NCBI RefSeq assembly: GCF_000039765.1
Contig: NC_004460.2
Coordinates: forward strand, 480,001 to 512,000
Length of the DNA stretch: 32,000 nt
Direction of reading: 5' to 3'
From: Vibrio vulnificus CMCP6
GTDB lineage: Bacteria > Pseudomonadota > Gammaproteobacteria > Enterobacterales > Vibrionaceae
Notes under the pieces: generated by a model
Told to the model about the DNA's origin: nothing
Seen by the model: only the letters and a program-made list of their open reading frames with translations
The model's database searches: none
In this document: positions 8,378 to 17,182 of the stretch, one piece after another
Position numbering within the stretch: position 1 is the stretch's first letter
How the letters are laid out: every line of letters starts with the position of its first letter
Made by a program: the position numbers and the translations under genes

Positions 8378-8683
8378 ATGAAGACCCCCTGTGTTGCAGC
8401 CTGTAAAAACAATAATGGCATCTGCGAAGGTTGCCTGCGCACAGTCACCGAGATAGCCAACTGGTCTCAATTTAATGCTCTGCAAAGAGAAGAGATTATG
8501 GCTCAGCTCGATGGCCGAACCGCGACCCACGAGTGCCCGAGCTGTACGAAACCAACGCAATGTGACATTGCCCAAGGAAAAACACACTGTTGGTGTTTTG
8601 ATCTAGAAGAAAGAGAAGTGAGCGTACCTAGCGAAGCTCTATGCCTTTGTCGACGCTGTTTAGAGAAAGCACCGATTGCCTAA
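8378..8683 (+). CDS. Cysteine-rich protein: DUF1289-like N-terminus fused to a CWC-type Cys-rich C-terminus
   Basis: 101 aa with 12 Cys. The N-terminal PCVAACKNNNGICEGCLRTVTEIANW matches the DUF1289 CxxxC...CxGC...W pattern. The C-terminal part carries HCWC and CLCRRC. An AAGGA SD lies upstream. Confidence 0.65.
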   Translation: MKTPCVAACKNNNGICEGCLRTVTEIANWSQFNALQREEIMAQLDGRTATHECPSCTKPTQCDIAQGKTHCWCFDLEEREVSVPSEALCLCRRCLEKAPIA

Positions 8684-8702
8684 ACAATCAGCGCTCATGT
8701 CA

Positions 8703-9047
8703 CTACTTTTCTGTGAGTGCTGCCGTGTCAAACTGAACACCTGACCAACCAAAACGTATGAAATTGCGAATATTTTGATGGTCATCGTTCTCGGGATGCA
8801 ACAATACATCATGACGGTAATAGCGACCAAAACACGCAAGCGTTTGTTCTTCGTTTAACTCATTCAATTGTGCGAAAGAAAAAATCTTGCATGATCCATT
8901 GTTTTGGCCCGCTTCGTTATGTGTGTCGCCATTTTGAAATGCCGCAGGCACAAATACATAATGGCTATCAATGACATCAATAACCTCTTGAAACTCCACT
9001 TTTTCGGGCGTTTCAGCCAACTTAGCCAGTAAATCCTTTAAACTCAT
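8703..9047 (-). CDS. HopJ-family (type III effector HopPmaJ-like) protein
   Basis: 114 aa. The segment NEAGQNNGSCKIFSFAQLN...CFGRYYRHDVLLHPENDDHQNIRNFIRFGW matches my recollection of the HopJ family found widely in Vibrio and Shewanella. Confidence 0.6.
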   Translation of the reverse strand: MSLKDLLAKLAETPEKVEFQEVIDVIDSHYVFVPAAFQNGDTHNEAGQNNGSCKIFSFAQLNELNEEQTLACFGRYYRHDVLLHPENDDHQNIRNFIRFGWSGVQFDTAALTEK

Positions 9048-9308
9048 TATCCTTCCTGTACAGTGTGATTAAAGAGTCAAAAAACTAATCGCTTTGTCGT
9101 CCCTTTTCAAGCCATTTATCCCAGTGAGTATGCTTAGCAACACTCATGCTATCGAGTTGAACATAGAAAATTGTTTCAAACCAATTCCAACACAAGCTAA
9201 CCCGTTAAAACCTCAGCTTTTTTATTAATAACGACTATCATTTACAACCTTAAGCGTTACGTTTACTATTCACGCTGTTTATATATTTGTTAATTAGGTT
9301 CTGCTCTT

Positions 9309-10907
9309 TTGAAAAAACCTCGATTTAGTCACGTCTATTTTGGTATTTGGCTATTAGGATTACTCCTTGCTTCTTTCAGTGTCTTAGCCATTTGGCATAT
9401 AGAATCTCATAGGGAATGGGAACGAGTAGAGCTCAGTCAACACCTTATATCACCTCCCATACTTTATGGTGGTAGTGCCTTTATTCTGGTCATTCTACTC
9501 ACTCTTGTGGTTAGTTTATGGTTGCACCGCTACCAACAATGGACGGTAATTTCGAAGCGATTAGCAAAAGAAAAAAACCGCACATTGGCAAAGCAAGCGG
9601 TGGAAGACAATCTGACCCGCCTTTACAATCGGCATGCTCTCAATACTTATATCAACAAGAAATTGGAAAAATTGGCCAAAGACCCTGACGAGGCCTTTTC
9701 CGTTCTCTTCATTGATTTGGACCGTTTCAAAGTCATCAATGATTCCATGGGACATTTGATTGGGGATTTGGTCTTAAAGCAAGTCGCCAGTAGGCTGCTT
9801 CTCAATGCCCGCAAACAAGATTCCTGTTATCGATTTGGCGGAGATGAGTTTGTCATCTGCTTACCTGGCCTGCATAACCAAGAAACACTCGCACGCATTG
9901 CTCGCCGGTACGCAGAGTTGATCTGCGAACCTTATAATATTGAAGAAAAAATTTGCCAAATCGGCGTCAGTGTTGGAATTGCCACTGTTGCGGATTCCTC
10001 ATACACCTTGGCAAAAATTTTGCGCGAAGCCGATACAGCGATGTATCGAGCGAAAAAATCAGAAGACAGTAAAGTGGTCTTCTTCGACAACGATATGTTT
10101 GTTCAAGCCACTAAACGATTCACTTTTGAGCAAGAGCTCTCTTTTGCGATTGAACGTGAACAGTTACACCTCAAATACCAGCCCATTTTTAGCAATGATG
10201 GCGAAGAGCTGATCAGCGTTGAAGTGTTATTACGTTGGTATCATCCAGACAATGGTTGGATTTCACCCGCAGACTTTGTTCCGATTGCCGAAGAAGCAGG
10301 TTTGATCAACAAAATTGGTGACTGGGTGATTGAGCGTACCTGCCATGTCGTTGCTCAGCTTAGTGAGCGTTACTGCGCTCAAGAATTGCCACGTTTTAAT
10401 ATTAACGTTTCTGCGAAACAGTTTATCAACGGGCAAGTTTTATACAGCCTTAACAGTCATTTAGCACGTTTTGCTTGTCCGGCTGAGTTGATAGGAATTG
10501 AGATCACCGAAACCAGTTTATTATCCGATAGCAAAGCCACAATCGATGTGTTGAACAAGATCAAAGCACTCGGCATTACCATTTCACTGGATGATTTCGG
10601 CACTGGCTATTCATCACTTGCGATGCTGAATCAATACCCCATCGACGTAGTCAAAATGGATCGCAGTTTTGTAAAGCACGTTGATGATGTCCACCACCGT
10701 TCTGCCCAGCTCTGTTTTGCGATCATCAACATGGCTCATACGATTGATCTTTCAGTGGTAGCAGAAGGTGTTGAGACGCTTGAACAGTTAAAAATTCTCA
10801 AAACGTTCCATTGTGATTACGTCCAAGGCTACCTCACGGCAAAGCCTATGAATTTGGAAGAGTTAGAGCAATTGTTTGACACGATTACCCTTAAAAAAAT
10901 AGCTTGA
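9309..10907 (+). CDS. Membrane-anchored GGDEF-EAL protein (diguanylate cyclase / c-di-GMP phosphodiesterase)
   Basis: Two N-terminal TM helices. It carries RFGGDEF with an upstream RKQD I-site, plus EAL-domain motifs YQPIF, EVLLRW, DDFGTGYSS, KMDRSF, EGVET and QGY. The start is TTG at 9309, and there is no in-frame ATG before the first TM helix. Confidence 0.9.
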   Translation: MKKPRFSHVYFGIWLLGLLLASFSVLAIWHIESHREWERVELSQHLISPPILYGGSAFILVILLTLVVSLWLHRYQQWTVISKRLAKEKNRTLAKQAVEDNLTRLYNRHALNTYINKKLEKLAKDPDEAFSVLFIDLDRFKVINDSMGHLIGDLVLKQVASRLLLNARKQDSCYRFGGDEFVICLPGLHNQETLARIARRYAELICEPYNIEEKICQIGVSVGIATVADSSYTLAKILREADTAMYRAKKSEDSKVVFFDNDMFVQATKRFTFEQELSFAIEREQLHLKYQPIFSNDGEELISVEVLLRWYHPDNGWISPADFVPIAEEAGLINKIGDWVIERTCHVVAQLSERYCAQELPRFNINVSAKQFINGQVLYSLNSHLARFACPAELIGIEITETSLLSDSKATIDVLNKIKALGITISLDDFGTGYSSLAMLNQYPIDVVKMDRSFVKHVDDVHHRSAQLCFAIINMAHTIDLSVVAEGVETLEQLKILKTFHCDYVQGYLTAKPMNLEELEQLFDTITLKKIA

Positions 10908-11006
10908 TAGAGAAAAGTAGTCACACGTTTGTGATTACTGAGAAGGGATACTCTATCAAGCTGGTGAGGGTTGGGACACAAACGTTACCCTCAAATCGAC
11001 AATTTG

Positions 11007-11339
11007 TTAACGAATGATCTGATCACATTTCGCAGCGCAGATAAAATCATTCTTGTGTAAGCCTTTAATAGAGTGGCTCCACCATGTCACCGTTACTTTC
11101 CCCCACTCAAGTAAAATGGAAGGATGGTGGAACTCTTGTTCAGCGAGCTCAGCCACCTGATTACTGAACTGCCAAGCCTGCATAAAGTTTTTAAATTTAT
11201 ACACTTTTTCAAGTTGAGGAATGCCTTCTCTTTCCATTAGGTGCCACCCTTCCAACTCTAGCAGTAATTCTTGCTGCTGTTGTGTCGTTAACGCTATCGC
11301 GTCGATACTACAAGCTTCGCATTTTAATTCATCAAGCAT
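11007..11339 (-). CDS. phhB: Pterin-4-alpha-carbinolamine dehydratase
   Basis: 110 aa. It contains [21 protein letters not shown], the PCD signature, and overlaps the phhA stop by 8 nt. Confidence 0.9.
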   Translation of the reverse strand: MLDELKCEACSIDAIALTTQQQQELLLELEGWHLMEREGIPQLEKVYKFKNFMQAWQFSNQVAELAEQEFHHPSILLEWGKVTVTWWSHSIKGLHKNDFICAAKCDQIIR

Positions 11340-12126
11340 CTACAGTTTCCTTTGGTTCAAACAGGGGTGGAAGCAAGCCAGCACTCATTGCAAACTCTAC
11401 TTCTTTCATTAAATCAATTTTGCTCAATTTGAACAGAGCGTTGATTTCATCCAGCACAAAATACTTGGGTTGCATGATATCGATTCTATAGGGAGTTCTG
11501 AGCACCGTTTGGATATCAAACTTTGCTCGTTCTGGACGTTCATCTTCAAGCGCATACACCGTTTCACCAGGAGATGAGAGAACACCGCCACCATAAATTC
11601 TCAACTCGCCCTCTTCTCTCAATAAGCCAAATTCGACCGTAAACCAATAAAGACGAGCGAGGTAGGCTCTTTGCTTAGGTGTCGCCTGCTCGCCTAATTT
11701 GCCATAGGTTTCCGTAAAAGCGGCAAAATCAGGATTCGTCAACATCGCACAGTGACCAAAGATTTCATGAAAAAAATCGGGCTCTTGCAAATAGTCAAAT
11801 TCTTCTCTGGTTCGCAAAAACGTGGCGACTGGAAATTTTTTGTTAGCCAACAGATTAAAAAAACGGTCGAAATTGATCAAAGCAGGGACAGGCTCCACAC
11901 TCCAACCCGTACTCTCTGCAAGCACTTGATTAATTTCCGGTAACTGGGGAACGCGATCGGTTGGGAGATCGAGTAGCGCTAATCCATCGATATAGGCAGA
12001 ACATGCACGTCCCTGAATCATACTCAGTTGTCTGGTGATCAGATCCTGCCAAATCGCGTCTTCTTCTTCCGTCCACTCAACGAATCCTTCGGAGTCGACG
12101 GGTTTTGAATGATAATGACTCATCAC
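11332..12126 (-). CDS. phhA: Phenylalanine 4-monooxygenase
   Basis: 264 aa with the bacterial aromatic amino acid hydroxylase pattern, including the iron-ligand region [14 protein letters not shown] and YWFTVEFGL. Confidence 0.9.
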   Translation of the reverse strand: MMSHYHSKPVDSEGFVEWTEEEDAIWQDLITRQLSMIQGRACSAYIDGLALLDLPTDRVPQLPEINQVLAESTGWSVEPVPALINFDRFFNLLANKKFPVATFLRTREEFDYLQEPDFFHEIFGHCAMLTNPDFAAFTETYGKLGEQATPKQRAYLARLYWFTVEFGLLREEGELRIYGGGVLSSPGETVYALEDERPERAKFDIQTVLRTPYRIDIMQPKYFVLDEINALFKLSKIDLMKEVEFAMSAGLLPPLFEPKETVDA

Positions 12127-12337
12127 AGCCTCAATTTAACAATCCATTTACAACAAGCCTATCTTTTGCACAGAACACTTCCAATCCTACTGACGCTTTT
12201 GCCAGCAAAATCCAGTGTAACATTTTCTTTACAAGAATCTCTCAAACCCTTACATATCAAATAAATGTACACTCGTTCACTGTTTGACTTTTGAGCAAAA
12301 TAGAATAAAACTTATTTGTGTTAATGAATGGTTAACA

Positions 12338-14326
12338 ATGAGAATAACAATGCCAACATCAAGCCCTATCTGGACCCCTTCTCCAGAGAGAATTGCAACC
12401 AGCAACCTCAAAAAGTTCATAGAACACATCAACATGCAAGGCGAAGCGATCGAAAACTATGCGCAGTTGCATCAGTGGTCGATTGTCGAAAATAAAAAGT
12501 TTTGGATGGAAATCTGGACCTTCTGCGATGTGATTGGTTACCAAGGTGACTGTATCGTCGGTGAAGGGAAGCCAAAATGGGGAAATTACTTTTCGCAAAG
12601 AGACAACCTTTGGTTCCCTCAAGCGGAACTCAACTACGCTGAAAACTTACTTTCTTCCGCTTACCAAAAGCCGCCAGAGCCCGCCATCATCTTCCGGAAT
12701 GAACGGAATGAAGAATCCAGTCTTTCTTGGCAAGAACTGTGTGATCAAGTTTCAATCTTGCAGCAATGGTTAATTCGCAATGGTGTCGGTAAAGGCGATG
12801 TGGTGGCTGGCTATCTTCCCTATTTGCCAGAAACCGTCATTGCCATGCTGGCAACAACCAGCCTTGGTGCGGTTTGGACCTCCACCTCTCCCGACTTTGG
12901 TACAGACAGCGTTATCGAACGATTAGGACAAGTAAACCCCAAAATTCTGTTTTGCTGCGATGGTTACTCATTCAATGGCAAAACGTTCGATATGTCAGAA
13001 AAGAACCGCAAAATCGCTGAACAGCTGCCAGACTTACTCAATATTTGTGAAATTGAGTATTTGGAATCTCCCGAGACGGACTACAACACCAACTACTCCA
13101 CTTGGGCTGCTATATTAGAAAACTACGATGCCAAAGGTATCATCTACGAACGTGTACCTTTTAATTCGCCCTTGTTTATTCTCTACTCTTCCGGGACCAC
13201 TGGCAAACCAAAGTGCATCATTCACACGGTGGGCGGTACCATTATCAATCACCTGAAAGAACATCAATTACATTGCGATATTCAGCCTGATGATCGTGTT
13301 TTTTATTACACCACCTGTGGATGGATGATGTGGAACTGGCATGTGTCCACACTCGCCAGTGGGGCAACGCTGGTGATCTACGATGGTAGCCCCGTTTACC
13401 CAGACCAATCGGTTTTGTGGGATATGGTGGACGATTGCCAAGTAACACTGTTTGGCACCTCAGCCAAATACTTAGAAGCGATTCAACATGCGCATTACGA
13501 GCCAGCACTGTTCCATGATCTCAGTACGTTAAAAACGATTTGTTCGACGGGTTCCGTGCTCTATCCGGAGCAATTTGATTTTGTCTATTCGTCTATCAAA
13601 TCCGACGTTCACCTTGCATCTATCTCTGGTGGCACCGATATTTGTGGCTGTTTTGTACTGGGCAACCCCATCTCGCCAGTCTACCGTGGGGAAGTACAGT
13701 ACGCAGGCTTAGGTGTCTCTATCGCCGTTTACGACGCTTCCGGACAACCAGTCGTTGGACAACGAGGTGAACTGGTGTGTACCAACTCTCTGCCTAACTT
13801 CCCGTTGGGCTTTTGGCACGATGATGGCGAGCGTTATCACCAATCATACTGGAGCAAGTATCCCAATGTGTGGCATCACGGTGATGATGTGATCATGACA
13901 AGTCATGGTGGATTTGTCTTCTACGGGCGAAGTGACACTACACTTAACCCCGGTGGCGTTCGAATCGGCACAGCGGAGCTCTATCAACAAGTGAACGCAC
14001 TGAACAGCATTGACGATTCCATTGCGGTGGGGAAAGTGCAAAACCGTAGCGAAGAGATCTGGCTGTTTGTAAAACCTGCGACGGGTTTCGACTTGAACGA
14101 TAGCATTGCAGAACAAATCCGTTCAACGCTTAGAAACCACTGCTCACCACGCCACGTTCCCAGTCAAATTTTCGCTATTTCGGATATTCCCAAAACGCGC
14201 TCAGGGAAGTTGGTCGAGTTGGCGGTAAAACAAGTGGTGAATGGACAAGAAGTGAAAAACCTCGGGGCGATCGCTAACCCAGAAGTTCTAGAGGAAATCA
14301 AACGCGTTACACAAGCTTATCGCTAA
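12338..14326 (+). CDS. aacS: Acetoacetyl-CoA synthetase (acetoacetate-CoA ligase)
   Basis: Adenylate-forming enzyme motifs YSSGTTGKPK and the C-terminal SGK are present. The N-terminal PIWTPSPERIATSNLKKF is typical of acetoacetyl-CoA synthetases. The ORF is open from 12284. The start is ambiguous among 12284 (TTG), 12338 and 12350 (both ATG). Confidence 0.85.
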   Translation: MRITMPTSSPIWTPSPERIATSNLKKFIEHINMQGEAIENYAQLHQWSIVENKKFWMEIWTFCDVIGYQGDCIVGEGKPKWGNYFSQRDNLWFPQAELNYAENLLSSAYQKPPEPAIIFRNERNEESSLSWQELCDQVSILQQWLIRNGVGKGDVVAGYLPYLPETVIAMLATTSLGAVWTSTSPDFGTDSVIERLGQVNPKILFCCDGYSFNGKTFDMSEKNRKIAEQLPDLLNICEIEYLESPETDYNTNYSTWAAILENYDAKGIIYERVPFNSPLFILYSSGTTGKPKCIIHTVGGTIINHLKEHQLHCDIQPDDRVFYYTTCGWMMWNWHVSTLASGATLVIYDGSPVYPDQSVLWDMVDDCQVTLFGTSAKYLEAIQHAHYEPALFHDLSTLKTICSTGSVLYPEQFDFVYSSIKSDVHLASISGGTDICGCFVLGNPISPVYRGEVQYAGLGVSIAVYDASGQPVVGQRGELVCTNSLPNFPLGFWHDDGERYHQSYWSKYPNVWHHGDDVIMTSHGGFVFYGRSDTTLNPGGVRIGTAELYQQVNALNSIDDSIAVGKVQNRSEEIWLFVKPATGFDLNDSIAEQIRSTLRNHCSPRHVPSQIFAISDIPKTRSGKLVELAVKQVVNGQEVKNLGAIANPEVLEEIKRVTQAYR

Positions 14327-14365
14327 GCTTTTCTTTGCAACAAGCAAAGTCGGTAACAGAAAAAA

Positions 14366-14396
14366 GCGAGCCTTACTGTTGGCTCGCCTTTTTTCA
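14366..14396. terminator. Hairpin terminator between the convergent aacS and methyltransferase genes
   Basis: The stem pairs GCGAGCC (14366-14372) with GGCTCGC (14381-14387) across an 8-nt loop. It is followed by CTTTTTT and preceded by an A-run, so it can act on both strands. Confidence 0.6.
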
Positions 14397-14446
14397 TTCG
14401 CATATTAAGTTTGGTGTCGATACTTTGCGTCTTGGGTCTTGGTGGG

Positions 14447-15028
14447 CTAACTTAAACGTTTCCCCTGACCAACAAAGACAGAGTGTGTCTCCCCTTCAAA
14501 CTGCATTTCGAAAGCGGGCGCCACAGCAACGTCTGCAAAACCAGCCTGCTTTAGTAGCGATTCGGCTCTTTGCATCGTTAAGCCTTCTTCATCCGATTGC
14601 GCGACCCAATCCCAATGGATAAACGTGCCGCCAATATTGAGCAGGCTATATGAAACCTCTAAAGCAGTTTCCAGATCATCAATGAATGCGCAAACCGAAG
14701 ACGCCACCACCACATCAAATTGCCCTCTGAATGCAGGATGTTGCGCCACCAATCCCCGAGTTAAACCGTCGACAACGGGTTCGACATTGGGCAACTGCTT
14801 TTTATCAAGCTCTTCGATCATCTCTTCAGAAGAATCCAAAGCGACAATATCTTTTGCTAGTGGTGATATTTTTTGGCTTAACAAGCCAGTACCACATCCT
14901 AAGTCAAGGACTCTAGCGCCGTTTAAACTCACTAAATCCTTTAACTGATTGAACACAGATTGTGAAAACTGTTCCGTTGCTGGATTGCTCTCCCACTCCT
15001 TCGCGGCTTCGTCCCAATTGTGTGCCAT
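14447..15028 (-). CDS. Class I SAM-dependent methyltransferase
   Basis: It carries the motif I sequence VLDLGCGTGLL and has a Rossmann-type layout. The ORF is open to 15055, but ATG 15026-15028 (MAHNWDEAAKEW) has a perfect GGAGG SD 5 nt upstream. Confidence 0.8.
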   Translation of the reverse strand: MAHNWDEAAKEWESNPATEQFSQSVFNQLKDLVSLNGARVLDLGCGTGLLSQKISPLAKDIVALDSSEEMIEELDKKQLPNVEPVVDGLTRGLVAQHPAFRGQFDVVVASSVCAFIDDLETALEVSYSLLNIGGTFIHWDWVAQSDEEGLTMQRAESLLKQAGFADVAVAPAFEMQFEGETHSVFVGQGKRLS

Positions 15029-15187
15029 CACGGCCTCCATAATTACTTCTTGCAACGTGGATAGATTAACTCAAAATATTCCTTACGTCATAGAGTTATT
15101 ATTGAAATTCCTCTATGCCGAAAGTGACTTAGCATGCAGGATGAATTTTCGCTATGCTATCGCCAAGTACATTTTTTCGAGTAGAGC

Positions 15188-16066
15188 ATGAATCTTTCAC
15201 AAATCGAAGCATTTTGCAGCATTGCTGAATTGGGCTCCGTCTCTGAAGCCGCCAGACATCTCGACTGCAACAGAACCAAGCTAAGTATGTCGATAAAATC
15301 GCTAGAAAAAGAGCTAGATATTGATCTCTTTGTACGCTCAGGCAACCAACTTACCCTCTCTGAAGCCGGTAAAGCGATTTTTAAAGACTGTGAAAACTTG
15401 CTCGTTACCGCACAGCGCATCAAGCAAACCTGCGCAGATGTCTCTGGGGTATTTAATGCCGAAATGTGGATCGCCAGAGACGATTCGTTACCCGATGAAA
15501 TTTGGCAGGAATTTTCGCACCAACTGAGTAAGCAGTACCCGTCAACGGCTTTTAATATTGTGCTGGCTTCAAGCGGAGATTTAGCAAACTTGGTTGAAAC
15601 AGGCCAAGTCGACTTTGCATTTGGTGTAGATTATGAACGCGTTGATAGCCCTAAAATCACCTACAGTCCTTTAGGCAAAATACGTATGATGTCAGTGTGT
15701 CGCATTGATCATCCCTTGACCAAAATGCGTCGAGTTTCGGACGAGGATCTACGCGCGCAAATGCAAGCACTCATGGTTTATCTCAACGAGAAAGACAATC
15801 CCGAATTGCGCCCTTTTTCACTCAAACACATCGGTTTCTCCTGCTTTGACTATATGTTGAACATGATTTTGCAAGAAGATGCGTGGGGCGTTTTGCCTGA
15901 ACCTCTCATCAGGCTTTATTTACGTGAGCAAAAACTGGCCGTGATTAAACACACTTATGGTTTGACACAAGAGGATTACTGTATGTTGACCCACAGCGGC
16001 ATGAGTGAGCACCCTGCGATGTCGTGGTTGGCAGACAAAATCAACGACTATTTGTTCGATTTCTAA
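15188..16066 (+). CDS. LysR-family transcriptional regulator
   Basis: 292 aa with an N-terminal wHTH (LSQIEAFCSIAELGSVSEAARHLDCNRTKLSMSIKSLEKEL) and a substrate-binding C-domain. Divergent from the methyltransferase gene. Confidence 0.85.
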   Translation: MNLSQIEAFCSIAELGSVSEAARHLDCNRTKLSMSIKSLEKELDIDLFVRSGNQLTLSEAGKAIFKDCENLLVTAQRIKQTCADVSGVFNAEMWIARDDSLPDEIWQEFSHQLSKQYPSTAFNIVLASSGDLANLVETGQVDFAFGVDYERVDSPKITYSPLGKIRMMSVCRIDHPLTKMRRVSDEDLRAQMQALMVYLNEKDNPELRPFSLKHIGFSCFDYMLNMILQEDAWGVLPEPLIRLYLREQKLAVIKHTYGLTQEDYCMLTHSGMSEHPAMSWLADKINDYLFDF

Positions 16067-16077
16067 CTCGAACACAG

Positions 16078-16108
16078 TGAGCGTCAATATTAATGACGCT
16101 CATTTATT
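16078..16108 (+). terminator. Rho-independent terminator after the LysR gene
   Basis: Perfect 9-bp stem pairing TGAGCGTCA (16078-16086) with TGACGCTCA (16094-16102), loop ATATTAA, then TTTATT. Confidence 0.6.
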
Positions 16109-16240
16109 AAGTTAAAGTGTTGATTTAAAAAGACAATATTAAGATACATTAAATTGACACATTTCATTCACTGACTTTTCATTTGTAAAATTTCGCCGTT
16201 ACGCAAACAATAACAGAGTGTTTAGCAACCGGAATATTTT

Positions 16241-17134
16241 ATGTGTGACAGGACAACTAAGAACGAAAACCGTATTCTGACTTTCTCAGCCCTTGCTGCA
16301 TCGGGCTTTGCAGTCGCGGGATTGGTGCTTGGCATGTTCGCAGGGTCACTGGTAATTATGTTTGATGGGGTGTATTCCCTCGTCAGCCTACTGTTAACTT
16401 TATTGTCGCTGGCAGCGTCTTACTATATCAACACACCTTCTCAACGTTTGTTTCCTTTTGGTAAAGCTGTCTTAGAGCCGATTGTTATCGCAATCAAGGC
16501 AATAGTGATTTTAATGGTGGTTGCTTACTCGCTTTATTCCGCCGTGTTTGATTTATTCAACGGCGGTCGTGAAGTCAATGCCTCTGTGGCGATTTTCTTT
16601 GAGACTTCGTGTGTGATTGGTTGTGCTTATGTCTGGTGGTATATCTCGAGAAAAAGTCGCCAATACTCCTCTGGCCTCATTGCTGCTGAAGTAAAACAGT
16701 GGCAAATGGATGCGTTGCTTAGTGCCGTTGTTACGATTGGATTTATCATGTCCATCGCCGTGACGTATACCCCATATGCTGAATTTGCAGCCTATGCGGA
16801 CCCAGTCATGATGCTGGCAATGTCGTTTTACTTCATCAAAGTACCAATGGGAATGTTGAAAGAAGCTTTGCGTGAGCTGCTCATGATGTCCCCAGACGAA
16901 GAACTTTGTCGAAGTGTCGGCAGTGATATCGAGTTCATCGAGAAACAAACTTCCCAACATCTGAAACTTGCAGGTGTTGCTAAAGTCGGGCAAGAATTAC
17001 GCGTTAACGTTGACTTGCATGTCAAGAACAAGACGTTGGCCCTGGCAGAACTGGAAAGTACTCGAAATAAACTGAAGAAGCAGCTCTCTAAGCATCCGTT
17101 CAAATTACAGCTCAACGTGAACGTCGCTTTCTAA
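16241..17134 (+). CDS. Cation diffusion facilitator (CDF) family transporter
   Basis: 297 aa with about six predicted TM helices, then a cytoplasmic C-terminal domain. FDGVYSL in the second helix resembles the CDF metal-site region. This is a family-level call only. Confidence 0.6.
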   Translation: MCDRTTKNENRILTFSALAASGFAVAGLVLGMFAGSLVIMFDGVYSLVSLLLTLLSLAASYYINTPSQRLFPFGKAVLEPIVIAIKAIVILMVVAYSLYSAVFDLFNGGREVNASVAIFFETSCVIGCAYVWWYISRKSRQYSSGLIAAEVKQWQMDALLSAVVTIGFIMSIAVTYTPYAEFAAYADPVMMLAMSFYFIKVPMGMLKEALRELLMMSPDEELCRSVGSDIEFIEKQTSQHLKLAGVAKVGQELRVNVDLHVKNKTLALAELESTRNKLKKQLSKHPFKLQLNVNVAF

Positions 17135-17153
17135 CTCACTGCTCTTCCACATG

Positions 17154-17182
17154 ACGCCGTCTTGCTAGACGGCGTTTTTATT
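17154..17182. terminator. Bidirectional terminator between the convergent CDF and DMT genes
   Basis: 9-bp stem pairing ACGCCGTCT (17154-17162) with AGACGGCGT (17167-17175), 4-nt loop, then TTTTTATTT. The DMT stop codon lies inside the hairpin. Confidence 0.65.

Noticed and set aside
10908-11006. Several short hairpins and a 9-nt long-range inverted repeat (ACGTTTGTG ... CACAAACGT) between the convergent GGDEF-EAL and phhB genes
   Set aside because: The stems are short (5-7 bp) and lack convincing U-tracts on either strand. They probably contribute to termination, but I cannot define a single terminator or a repeat-family element from one copy.
12105-12287. 60-aa TTG-initiated ORF spanning the phhA-aacS spacer
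   Set aside because: It starts inside phhA and uses a non-ATG start with no SD. The product is Asn/Ser/Thr/Phe-rich, as expected from translating AT-rich promoter DNA.
15089-15117. Inverted repeat CATAGAG-N15-CTCTATG in the methyltransferase/LysR spacer as a LysR box
   Set aside because: The arm spacing is longer than the classic T-N11-A LTTR box. I estimate that a 7-bp inverted repeat with free spacing is expected ~0.3 times by chance in a 160-bp spacer. It is worth an EMSA but not supportable as a feature.
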